47,315 nt of DNA from an uncultured Caldisericota bacterium (GTDB lineage Bacteria; Caldisericota; Caldisericia; UBA6126): positions 1-47,315 of the forward strand of contig CAYRBR010000004.1 of assembly GCA_964422555.1 (NCBI GenBank), read 5' to 3'. The position numbers and the translations under genes were made by a program. A model generated the notes under the pieces. It saw nothing but the letters and a program-made list of their open reading frames with translations, searched no databases and was not told the origin of the DNA. Below, one piece after another: positions 27,231-36,020 of the stretch (its first letter is position 1; every line of letters starts with the position of its first letter).

Positions 27231-28544
27231 TTACTTACCGAATTTTTCTTTTAAGAGATCTTCAAGAGTTGGTTTTCCAATTTCCTGAAGTTCATATCCA
27301 ATTCGTACTGCAGGTTTTTTAATGTTGATAATACGGCTTAGGTCGATTGGAGTTCCAATAACAACAACATCACAGTCGGCAGAGTTAATGGTTTCTTCTA
27401 ATTCTTGAAGTTGTTTTTCATAATAACCTAAAGCAGGTACAATTTCATCTAATTGTGGATATTTTTCATAGGCTTCTTTAATAGATCCAACAGCATAAGG
27501 TTTTGGATCTACAATTTCAGCACCACATTTTCTGGCAGCTAAATAGCCAGCACCGATGTCCATTTCGCCATGTGTTAAGGTAGGACCATCTTCAATTACT
27601 AAAGCTCGTTTTCCTAAAATCATTTTTGGATCAGCAATAGTTAATGGAGAAGTTGCATCAATAATGACTGCATTTGGATTGATTGCTCTACAATTATCAC
27701 GAACATCATTAACATCTTCTAAATTTGCTGTTTCTTCTTTGTTAATGATAATGCAATCGGCTTGTCTTACGTTTACTTCACCTGGGTAATAAGAAATTTC
27801 ATCATACGGACGAGTTGGGTCTACAATGGTAATTTTATAATCAGATTTGTAGAATGGGAAATCGTTGTTTCCACCGTCCCATAAAATGATGTCAGCTTCT
27901 TTTTCAGCTTCACGAAGAATAGCTTCGTAATCTACTCCAGCGAATATAACTGCACCCATAGCAATATATGGTTCGTATTCTTCCATTTCTTCAATGGTAC
28001 ATTCATGCTTTTTCAAATCTTCCAAGGTCGCAAAACGTTGAACAGCTTGTTTTGCTAAATCGCCATAAGGCATCGGGTGACGGATAGCAGCAACTTTTTT
28101 ACCCATTTTGTTAAAGATTCTTACTACTTCACGGCTGGTTTGGGATTTTCCACAACCAGTTCTTACAGCACAGACAGAAAGTAAAGGTTTGGTGGATTTG
28201 ACAGTTGTGTTATTGTAACCCATTAACCAGAAATCTGCTCCAGCAGCATTTACTAAGGCGGATTTATTCATAACAACCTGATAGGGTTGGTCAGAATAAG
28301 CGAAAACTACAACATCAATGTTCTTATCTTTGATTAAAGTTGGGAGATCCTCTTCCGGAACAATAGAAATACCTTGAGGATAAAGATGACCTGATAATTC
28401 TGATGGATATTTTCGATCATCGATTTCAGGAATCTGTGTGGCAGTAAAAGCTACTACATTGTAGTCTTCATTGTCACGGAAAAATACGTTAAAATTGTGG
28501 AAATCTCTTCCAGCAGCACCCATAATAACAACATTACGTTTCAT
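27231..28544 (-). CDS. arcE: Arginine synthetase ArcE-type P-loop protein (family often annotated as GTPase or cyclic 2,3-diphosphoglycerate synthase)
   Basis: GAAGRDFHNFN, AFTATQIP, P-loop AVRTGCGKSQT, RHPMPYG, WDGGNND, EDGPTLTHG. Adjacent to ornithine carbamoyltransferase. Confidence 0.8.
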   Translation of the reverse strand: MKRNVVIMGAAGRDFHNFNVFFRDNEDYNVVAFTATQIPEIDDRKYPSELSGHLYPQGISIVPEEDLPTLIKDKNIDVVVFAYSDQPYQVVMNKSALVNAAGADFWLMGYNNTTVKSTKPLLSVCAVRTGCGKSQTSREVVRIFNKMGKKVAAIRHPMPYGDLAKQAVQRFATLEDLKKHECTIEEMEEYEPYIAMGAVIFAGVDYEAILREAEKEADIILWDGGNNDFPFYKSDYKITIVDPTRPYDEISYYPGEVNVRQADCIIINKEETANLEDVNDVRDNCRAINPNAVIIDATSPLTIADPKMILGKRALVIEDGPTLTHGEMDIGAGYLAARKCGAEIVDPKPYAVGSIKEAYEKYPQLDEIVPALGYYEKQLQELEETINSADCDVVVIGTPIDLSRIINIKKPAVRIGYELQEIGKPTLEDLLKEKFGK

Positions 28545-28546
28545 AA

Positions 28547-28852
28547 CTACCTCCCGATGGATAAAATTTTAATCTCAGAATAACGTTGACGATGTCCTCT
28601 TCTTTTGTGTTCATTGGTTTTATTGCGATAGAAAAAAACAGAAATCTTCTTTGCTTTCTCATCGCTCCTTAAAACACTTGCCTGCACCTTGTAGTTGCTG
28701 GCATCTTCTCCAGTAACTACGTTATCTCCACCTACCATTAAAGGAGTGAAGCTTATTTCATTACCTTTTTCTTCATTCAGTTTTTCTATTCTGACAATCT
28801 GTCCTTCTTCGACTTTATACTGTTTTCCGCCTGTTTCAATTACTGCGTACAT
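28547..28852 (-). CDS. rplU: 50S ribosomal protein L21
   Basis: MYAVIETGGKQYKV and RRGHRQ. ATG 28852 after GGAGGA. Confidence 0.96.
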   Translation of the reverse strand: MYAVIETGGKQYKVEEGQIVRIEKLNEEKGNEISFTPLMVGGDNVVTGEDASNYKVQASVLRSDEKAKKISVFFYRNKTNEHKRRGHRQRYSEIKILSIGR

Positions 28853-28899
28853 AGTATCCTCCAAAAACATATTTCGATATTACAAATATCCAAATTGCT

Positions 28900-28927
28900 A
28901 TCTTACTGCAAATCCTCATTAAGTCAA
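28900..28927 (-). promoter_or_regulatory. Sigma70-like promoter for the rplU operon
   Basis: Minus strand TTGACT (28927-28922), 16 nt, TAAGAT (28905-28900). Confidence 0.45.
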
Positions 28928-29019
28928 GGCATATTTCGTCATTTTCATAACAAAGCAGTTAATAGTAATTTTTCAATTTTTTGTTCTATACTACTATACA
29001 AAAAATAGGAGAAAAATAT

Positions 29020-29403
29020 ATGAAAACTTGCTTACAAACTTCAAAAGCACCAGCAGCTATTGGTCCTTACTCACAAGCAGTGCGGTGTGGGTCTTTTGTG
29101 TACATATCAGGGCAGATTGCACTAGATCCTTTAACTGGATTATATAATCCACAAAGTGCTGCAGAAGAAACGAAAATCGCTCTGCGTAATATGCAGGCCA
29201 TTCTCACCGAAGCAAACTGTACCTTTAGTAACGTTGTGAAAACGACTATTTATTTATCAAACATGAAGGACTTCGGTGATGTAAATGAGGTGTATTCCGA
29301 GTGTTTTCCTTCCAATCCTCCAGCAAGAGCTTGCGTGGCAGTAAAAACGCTACCCAAAAATTGCAAAGTGGAGATAGAGGCAATAGCTTATATAGAAGAA
29401 TAG
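29020..29403 (+). CDS. ridA: RidA family enamine/imine deaminase
   Basis: APAAIGPYSQA, SGQI, VVKTTIYL, PPARACV, VEIEAIA. ATG 29020 after AGGAG. Confidence 0.93.
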   Translation: MKTCLQTSKAPAAIGPYSQAVRCGSFVYISGQIALDPLTGLYNPQSAAEETKIALRNMQAILTEANCTFSNVVKTTIYLSNMKDFGDVNEVYSECFPSNPPARACVAVKTLPKNCKVEIEAIAYIEE

Positions 29404-29410
29404 GCAAACA

Positions 29411-29854
29411 CTAGTCTGAATAAAATTCTGGAACAACATTATCTTTTGACTGTTGAATCCGAATCATTATTCGATTAGGAGCACAAGTCACTGTTTCTCC
29501 AACAGAAGATACCCATCCCGATTTAACACAGGTTTGATTCGGGCAAGAAGATTCTTTAAAACGGACCCTGTTACCCTTTACTTCAATTACAACCTTTCCA
29601 ACAGCACCCTCTTCAACAATAACTTGGTCTTCCGATAAACGAAAAAAACGATTTTCATTCGAGTGAGCATTAATTACGTTTATATATAAATTTTCTTCGG
29701 TGGTAGAAGTTTGAAATAATCCTGGATTTAAATGTAGATAGAATAGAAAGCCAAAAAATAAAATTGCAAAAAACAAAACAAATAGTCCGGGATTTATTCC
29801 TTTTTTTGCATCTTTTTTGTTTATTTTCTTTTTTGAATAATTTTTGTGGCCCAT
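29411..29854 (-). CDS. NusG domain II (DUF1312-like) membrane-anchored protein
   Basis: One TM helix, then SSCPNQTCVKSGW...TCAPNR. Likely start ATG 29854. Confidence 0.8.
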   Translation of the reverse strand: MGHKNYSKKKINKKDAKKGINPGLFVLFFAILFFGFLFYLHLNPGLFQTSTTEENLYINVINAHSNENRFFRLSEDQVIVEEGAVGKVVIEVKGNRVRFKESSCPNQTCVKSGWVSSVGETVTCAPNRIMIRIQQSKDNVVPEFYSD

Positions 29855-30666
29855 ACTCTTATCCTCTGTTTCTGTAAATTTGCTTTTGCATTTTGTTGTT
29901 GCTCCCAATTATTATACATAGCAAAGCATGCACTACCACTTCCACTCATTCCTGCATATAGTGGTTGGGTTTGCTGTATCAAATGAAGTGTATCAAGAAC
30001 TTTCGGTTCTAACAACGTAGATACCCTCGTTAGAACATTTTCAGGAGGGAATGGTTCAGTTGACTCAAGTGAAGGCATTGGCTTCATTTGAAACTCGTCA
30101 TACTTTTGATAAACACGTTTGGTTGACAATCGCCGTTTTGGAAAACAAACAATACAGAACAATTTGTTTAATTGTTCATTGAAAGGAAGAGGAGTAACAA
30201 CCTCTCCAATACCCTGCACACGGCAAAGTCCTCCCTGTAAAAAATAGGGAATATCAGCTCCGATCGCTGCTGATTCCTTTAAGAAAACGTCATGAGGTAT
30301 TGCATGAAATACTTCCTGTAAAAACAATAACACTTGAGCTGCATCTGAAGAACCACCACCTAGACCGGCTCCAATCGGTATTTTCTTGGTTAAATATATA
30401 TGCAAAGAAATGGGTATTTTGGTTTGTTCCGAATACCATTTCCAAGCTTTATAAAGTGTATTTTTTTCAGTTTTAGTAAAAAAGTTCTTAGAACTTTTAA
30501 TGACACAGTTTGGTGTTTTTTCATTTTGAATGGTAAAAAAGAGAGTGTCAGAAAGAGATACTTCTACATTAATCATGTCCAATGCATGATATCCATTTTC
30601 TACGGTTCCTGTAATTCTAAGTTTCACATTCAGCTTTGCATATGCTTTTCTTTTTGCTTGTATCAT
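29821..30666 (-). CDS. ispE: 4-diphosphocytidyl-2-C-methyl-D-erythritol kinase
   Basis: AKLN, IPIGAGLGGGSSDAA, GADIP, MSGSGS. ATG 30666 overlaps the rsmA stop. Confidence 0.93.
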   Translation of the reverse strand: MIQAKRKAYAKLNVKLRITGTVENGYHALDMINVEVSLSDTLFFTIQNEKTPNCVIKSSKNFFTKTEKNTLYKAWKWYSEQTKIPISLHIYLTKKIPIGAGLGGGSSDAAQVLLFLQEVFHAIPHDVFLKESAAIGADIPYFLQGGLCRVQGIGEVVTPLPFNEQLNKLFCIVCFPKRRLSTKRVYQKYDEFQMKPMPSLESTEPFPPENVLTRVSTLLEPKVLDTLHLIQQTQPLYAGMSGSGSACFAMYNNWEQQQNAKANLQKQRIRVWATKIIQKRK

Positions 30667-31445
30667 GTATGACACACTTCGTTGTACACATCGAATAATC
30701 GATGGAATTGTTCCATTGATAACTCTTCCGGTCGTTTCTGTAAAGAGATATTGGATTGTGTCACAAGACACTCCGAAACACTAATCCCGTATGCATTACG
30801 TATTGCCTTTAAAAGTGTTTTTTTTCTATAAGAAAATAGTTTTTGGACAAACTCTGTAAATCTAAAAGTTTTCTGTTTGTCTATATTTTTTTTTGGTACA
30901 AAAGATAGAACCTGAGAATCAATTTTGGGTGGAGGGAAAAAAGAACCTTTTTTTACATCACATACAACTGAAATATCGAAAAAAGATTGCATAAAAATAG
31001 TACCGGAAGAAAAGTGTCTGGTTCCTTCTTTGGCTGTATACCGTTCAGCAGTTCCTTTGGCGAACATACAAACAATCTTGTTAGGTTGCAAATAGGATGC
31101 AATTCTTTTCATAATTGGGGTTGAAATGTTGTAAGGTAAATTACCTACTATTTTCGTAGTATTGATCCACGGTTCTAATGGTACCTTCAGAAAATCATGA
31201 TGAACCAAATGAAAATGAGGGTAATCGATGCAAATCTTCTGCAACTCCTGGACACACCGTGGATCAATTTCTATTGCGGTGTAGTTTGTAGATATGGGTA
31301 CCAGAAGTTCGGTTAGTGCTCCTAACCCAGGACCAATTTCAAGCACTTGATCGGTGGTATTAATTTGCAAAGCGTCACGTATTTTGTTTAGTACGTGGCT
31401 GTCATGTAGAAAATTCTGTCCCCATTTTTTTTTTGGATTAATCAT
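30663..31445 (-). CDS. rsmA: 16S rRNA adenine dimethyltransferase
   Basis: KKWGQNFL, EIGPGLG, AIEID, NLPYNI, FFPPPKIDS. Likely ATG 31445. Confidence 0.95.
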   Translation of the reverse strand: MINPKKKWGQNFLHDSHVLNKIRDALQINTTDQVLEIGPGLGALTELLVPISTNYTAIEIDPRCVQELQKICIDYPHFHLVHHDFLKVPLEPWINTTKIVGNLPYNISTPIMKRIASYLQPNKIVCMFAKGTAERYTAKEGTRHFSSGTIFMQSFFDISVVCDVKKGSFFPPPKIDSQVLSFVPKKNIDKQKTFRFTEFVQKLFSYRKKTLLKAIRNAYGISVSECLVTQSNISLQKRPEELSMEQFHRLFDVYNEVCHT

Positions 31446-31686
31446 TGGCAGGCAAATCGATCCATTCATATTGATTCGTTAAAATGTGATTCGCAGAAGG
31501 AAATGGCACTATTCTGCGAAGTTGTGGATTATGCTTATATATTGCTCTTTCAGTTCGATAATAGGTGTAAAAATAGTAGTTGGTGTAGTTGTGTTTTACA
31601 ATGACTGTTTTTCCTGCCATTAATACCAGTAGCACAGAGGATAGAAGAAGAATCCATTTTAGTAGAATACCATTTTCAATTTTCAT
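31438..31686 (-). CDS. Small single-TM hypothetical protein (82 aa)
   Basis: Hydrophobic N-terminal helix. Stop overlaps the rsmA start. No clear RBS. Confidence 0.5.
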   Translation of the reverse strand: MKIENGILLKWILLLSSVLLVLMAGKTVIVKHNYTNYYFYTYYRTERAIYKHNPQLRRIVPFPSANHILTNQYEWIDLPAND

Positions 31687-31735
31687 AGATAGAAAATACC
31701 ATAGGAAAGAAGATTTGAAAAGCTATAGGAAATGT

Positions 31736-33565
31736 CTAGGCATACATAACAAGAAACATCACAAACACAAGCAATGAAACAATAGCTGCGATACCAATTA
31801 TAATTTTCCCCCATTTTGTAACCACAAAGCTGTAAACATAAGCATTTTTCTGATCTTCTTTGTCAGTTTTTGTAACAAGCACAAGAAGTTCTTTTTTAAT
31901 AAATACCCACATCTTGTCAATATTTCTTTCAATCACATCTGTTTTTTTTTCAATCCAATCCGAAATAGTTCTTTTTCCAGGAATTAATTTATTACCAGCT
32001 CGATCAATCACACAATCCAATCCATTGCATTCGTTTGTGATACACTTGCATCGATCAGGTGCAAACCCGGGCCAGTATTTGTCAATTCTCTGGCAGGAAA
32101 CAAACCAGGGGCTAACAAAAAATGTAATGATCCTGTTATTAAGGGTAAAAATCAAAGTCTCCAACTTCATTAAATACTTGCTTAGAAAATGATTCCACTG
32201 CCCATACACCACAAACCACCAGCAAAGAGGTGTCCATTCGTATGGAATTACAATGTGAAACCATCCCTTTTTTATTCCAACCGCAATCAACACAACTCCT
32301 GCAACAAGAATCCACAAAAAAGAAATAGCTGAATGACTAAAAGCATGATGACCTATCTGAAAACTCTCTAACAGATGCACTGAAGTGGCTTCTTTTGGGA
32401 GAAATGTTTCGTACAGTAATGGGAAACAACCAAAGACAAGAATGAGGATTGCTAGTATTCCTAATGGAATAATCTCACGCCAGTCAAAACGTAATTGATA
32501 TTTCTTTTGCATAGATCTGAAAGAGGTTAGATAGAACATTTTAAAATTCGATGCAAAAGTACCTACTGCTGTCAAGAGAAAAATAGCTTCCATAAAAATG
32601 AAAGCAATGGAACAGTGCTCAACAAGAGTTTCATGCAATGCGTTTTTAGAAACAAAACCATTTGTAAACGGGACACCTGAAATCCCCATTACTGCCACCA
32701 GAAATAGAATTGCCACCAACCACTTCTTTTTCAATAAACCTCGAATAGAATACATATCCAAAGTACTAAAATAAACAACCATTACACCCGCAGCAATAAA
32801 GAGGGCAGACTTAAACCAGGCATGATTCACTGCATGCAATATAGAACCCATTAATGCATCTTGTTGCTGGAAAGCGATAAATAGTGCTAATCCCATTAGA
32901 ATATATCCCATCTGAGAAACACTATGATACGCCAACATTCGCTTCATGTTTGATTGAGTTAGTGCTTGTAAAACACCATAAAACATAGTAATAGCAGCAA
33001 TGACTAGCAAAATAATACCATATATACTAGGTAATTGCACCAGTAAAACCGTTTGTAAAAGTCCAAAAAAACCGATTTTTATAATGCATCCAGATAGAAT
33101 AGCAGAAGCGGGAGATGGGGCTACAGGATGAGCTTCCGGTAACCATATATGAAATGGATATCCACCTGCTTTAATCAAAAAACCCACACCCATTAGAGTT
33201 GCTCCTAAAATGGGGTTATACGCTAGTTGAGCAAACATTACTCCGGCCAGCACCAGAACTCCACTTAAAAGAGAAAAGAAGAAGTACAATTTTGCAGCTC
33301 TATACGAAGATTTTATACGCTCCTGCAAAATTAATGGAAAACTCACCAAAGATACAATTTCATATACCACAAATAAAGTAAACAGGTTGGAAGAAAAGAA
33401 TAAGAGTACATTCCCAGCAAAAGTAAGACAAAAGAAAATGTAAAACTCTCTTTTTCTAGCATGTACATATTTAAAGGCAAACAGCAAAGAAGCAACATAA
33501 GGAGGAATCGTAAGGAGCAGAAATATAAAAGTATAAGAAGTAAAAGAAAACGATATTGGTAGCAT
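31736..33565 (-). CDS. Complex I/Mrp antiporter-like membrane subunit (HyfB/MrpD type) with C-terminal extension
   Basis: YE, IKAG, HIWLPEAHP, IKIG, KRMLAYHSVSQMG, NHAWFKS, GFVSK. Confidence 0.88.
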   Translation of the reverse strand: MLPISFSFTSYTFIFLLLTIPPYVASLLFAFKYVHARKREFYIFFCLTFAGNVLLFFSSNLFTLFVVYEIVSLVSFPLILQERIKSSYRAAKLYFFFSLLSGVLVLAGVMFAQLAYNPILGATLMGVGFLIKAGGYPFHIWLPEAHPVAPSPASAILSGCIIKIGFFGLLQTVLLVQLPSIYGIILLVIAAITMFYGVLQALTQSNMKRMLAYHSVSQMGYILMGLALFIAFQQQDALMGSILHAVNHAWFKSALFIAAGVMVVYFSTLDMYSIRGLLKKKWLVAILFLVAVMGISGVPFTNGFVSKNALHETLVEHCSIAFIFMEAIFLLTAVGTFASNFKMFYLTSFRSMQKKYQLRFDWREIIPLGILAILILVFGCFPLLYETFLPKEATSVHLLESFQIGHHAFSHSAISFLWILVAGVVLIAVGIKKGWFHIVIPYEWTPLCWWFVVYGQWNHFLSKYLMKLETLIFTLNNRIITFFVSPWFVSCQRIDKYWPGFAPDRCKCITNECNGLDCVIDRAGNKLIPGKRTISDWIEKKTDVIERNIDKMWVFIKKELLVLVTKTDKEDQKNAYVYSFVVTKWGKIIIGIAAIVSLLVFVMFLVMYA

Positions 33566-35082
33566 TAGAAAAGGTGTGGGCAAGATCCAATAGGAATAAG
33601 TGTGGAAATTATATCACGACAAAATGCTAAAATAGGATCTGGGACGATACCAAACGCAAGAATGATTAGAGAAAGAGCAATCATAGTTATAGAAACGGTA
33701 ATAGGAGTTTTATATCGTTTTATGTCAGTCGCACCCTCTTCCACTTCTTGTGGTTCTTGAAACCATCCCTGAATAATAATAGGAAGATAATACAAGGCAT
33801 TTAGAATACTACTGAAAAGAAGAATCCCTATGGCAATTCCACCAATCCATGGCTGAATATATCCAAGCTGTATAGCCTCAATAGCTCCTACACCTAATGC
33901 CCACTTGGTAATAAAATTGGCAAAAAGAGGGAATCCTATCATTGATAAAGCTCCAATTGTGAATCCTGCAAAGACGATAGGCGATTTACGACCAAATCCT
34001 GCATACTTTGTTACATCGGATGTATCAGACTGTTGAATCATAGTTCCTGCAGACATAAATAGTAAAGATTTAACCATTGAATGAGCAAGAGCGTGAAGAA
34101 TAGCACCCAACAATCCTATGGGAGATAGTAACATTGCTCCCATAGTTATATAGCCCATTTGACTAACACTCGAGTAGGCAAGCATGCGTTTTATGTGTTT
34201 TTGTCCAATTGCAATAGCCGAACCCCAAAACATAGTAAACACAGCAATAAACAAAAGAATGATTACAGAAGTGTTCCCAATTAGGTTACAGACACCAAAG
34301 GTTTCCAGAACCATTCGAAGGATTCCTATTACTCCTGCTTTAATGACCATTCCCGACAACAATGCTGAAGCAGGTGATGGAGCTACTGGATGAGCTTCTG
34401 GTAACCATATATGAACTGGGAACAAACCAGCTTTGATTGCAAAAGCAATGATAAACCCCCAGAAAATAACAGGAAAAAAGACAGAAGAAGTAAGAGTTGC
34501 ATACCCACCTGGCACAAAAGAAGTAGTACCAATCACTGAGTATTGCACCATAATAGCCATTAAAAAGAAAAGCCCACCGATGATCTGAAAAAACACATAT
34601 CGAAGACCCGCAGCATACGTTTCAGGTTTCTGATAATGGATTATCAAGACATATGATACAACAAGCAACAATTCAAAGAAAATAAAAAAAGTAACCCAAT
34701 TGTCTGCATTAAAAATAAGCATAATGCAATACAGATTGAGCATTGAAAAAGTTTGGTACCGTTGTATGTTCTTGCTTTTTTCTTGGGGAAAATAGTGAAT
34801 GGAATAAAGAGAAGAAAATAACCAAACCAACAGCAGAAAAAAGGAAGTAATCCAGGCAAATTTGTCAAGGTTAAAGGATAGATGAAAGGGACCATGATTT
34901 GCCAGGGTAATAATTGGACTTGTAGTTGTTGCTTGTGGATAAAGAAATAGAAGAATAATAAAAAGTATGGCAACAAAAACAAATGTTACTGATCCATATA
35001 ATGAAGGTTTGTGCTTTTTAATTGCAAGCAATACAGCAACAAATAGAATTGGACATGTTAGCCAAATAGTATATAGTTCCAT
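33565..35082 (-). CDS. Complex I/Mrp antiporter-like membrane subunit (MrpD type)
   Basis: FE, IKAG, HIWLPEAHP, VIKAG, KRMLAYSSVSQMG, AHSMVKS, FITKW. ATG 35082 after AAGGGGTG. Confidence 0.9.
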   Translation of the reverse strand: MELYTIWLTCPILFVAVLLAIKKHKPSLYGSVTFVFVAILFIILLFLYPQATTTSPIITLANHGPFHLSFNLDKFAWITSFFLLLVWLFSSLYSIHYFPQEKSKNIQRYQTFSMLNLYCIMLIFNADNWVTFFIFFELLLVVSYVLIIHYQKPETYAAGLRYVFFQIIGGLFFLMAIMVQYSVIGTTSFVPGGYATLTSSVFFPVIFWGFIIAFAIKAGLFPVHIWLPEAHPVAPSPASALLSGMVIKAGVIGILRMVLETFGVCNLIGNTSVIILLFIAVFTMFWGSAIAIGQKHIKRMLAYSSVSQMGYITMGAMLLSPIGLLGAILHALAHSMVKSLLFMSAGTMIQQSDTSDVTKYAGFGRKSPIVFAGFTIGALSMIGFPLFANFITKWALGVGAIEAIQLGYIQPWIGGIAIGILLFSSILNALYYLPIIIQGWFQEPQEVEEGATDIKRYKTPITVSITMIALSLIILAFGIVPDPILAFCRDIISTLIPIGSCPHLF

Positions 35083-35199
35083 AAAACACCCCTTACACCT
35101 TGATAGCAATTCTATTATAGTGAGACATTCTTACAAAAAAAGAAAAAAAAGAAAATTTTCATTATACTATTTGTAATTTACTGACAATTGGAGGGTATT

Positions 35200-35433
35200 A
35201 TGGTTTCTAAAGGTTATGTTTTATTAGAAGCACAGGCAGGTAAAACTGAAGAAGCATTAAACAAAATCAGACAAATTAAAGGCGTAAAAGAAGTTGACTT
35301 GGTAACAGGTCCATATGATTTAATCATCAATATAGAAGCCGATGACCTGAAGCAACTCGGACAAATTGTCAGCGATGAAATTCAGGTCATCGGCGGAGTG
35401 ACAAAAACAATTACTTGTGTTGTTATCGGCTAA
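35200..35433 (+). CDS. Stand-alone Lrp/AsnC ligand-binding (RAM) domain protein
   Basis: VTGPYDLII, GVTKTIT, no HTH. ATG 35200 after GGAGGG. Confidence 0.85.
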   Translation: MVSKGYVLLEAQAGKTEEALNKIRQIKGVKEVDLVTGPYDLIINIEADDLKQLGQIVSDEIQVIGGVTKTITCVVIG

Positions 35434-36020
35434 TGAAACGCTTTCACACCTTCATCAAAGGCTCGTAAATTTAGCTCAACAAAACGAGGTTTTACGAGTT
35501 CTTTGATGGATTTTTTCAGTTCTTCTTCAGAAAATGGACAGGAAGGAATCTGAGAGAAGGAACCTAGAATTACCATGTTCAAGGAAATGATTCCACCAGC
35601 TTCAACAGCAGCTTTTGATGCATCTGTTGCAACAATATTATCACTAATTCTATGCAATTCTTCTGTAATCCTATCAAACTCAGGATAGGTTGCTAGCCCA
35701 GTGTTAACAGAAGTTGGAATCAACGGATGACTATTTAAAACAATGTAGGCATCTTTTTTCAAATAATTCATATATCGTAAGCTTTCGACCGGTTCAAATG
35801 CCAACATGCAATCGCCATGTCCTTCGGGAGTTAAAGCACCAAAGACTTCAGTTCCCATTCGAACATGTGAGATTACTGTCCCACCTCTTTGAGACATGCC
35901 GTGCGTTTCTCCAACACGAACATTGATTGAGTTTCGAATAGCAGTTTGAGCAATAATTTTGGAGGCTAGAACAGTTCCTTGTCCACCAACACCACACATT
36001 ACAATGTTAAATTCTTTCAT
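35430..36020 (-). CDS. iorB: Indolepyruvate:ferredoxin oxidoreductase beta subunit
   Basis: GVGGQG, ETHGMSQRGGTV, NMVILG. Confidence 0.93.
   Translation of the reverse strand: MKEFNIVMCGVGGQGTVLASKIIAQTAIRNSINVRVGETHGMSQRGGTVISHVRMGTEVFGALTPEGHGDCMLAFEPVESLRYMNYLKKDAYIVLNSHPLIPTSVNTGLATYPEFDRITEELHRISDNIVATDASKAAVEAGGIISLNMVILGSFSQIPSCPFSEEELKKSIKELVKPRFVELNLRAFDEGVKAFH

Noticed and set aside
27231-28544. Cyclic 2,3-diphosphoglycerate synthetase or generic GTPase call
   Set aside because: N-terminal GAAGRDFHNFN and adjacency to argF fit the ArcE subfamily better. No 2-phosphoglycerate kinase is nearby.
29411-29854. Transcription factor NusG
   Set aside because: No NGN or KOW domain. The TM anchor and Cys pattern indicate the stand-alone domain II family.
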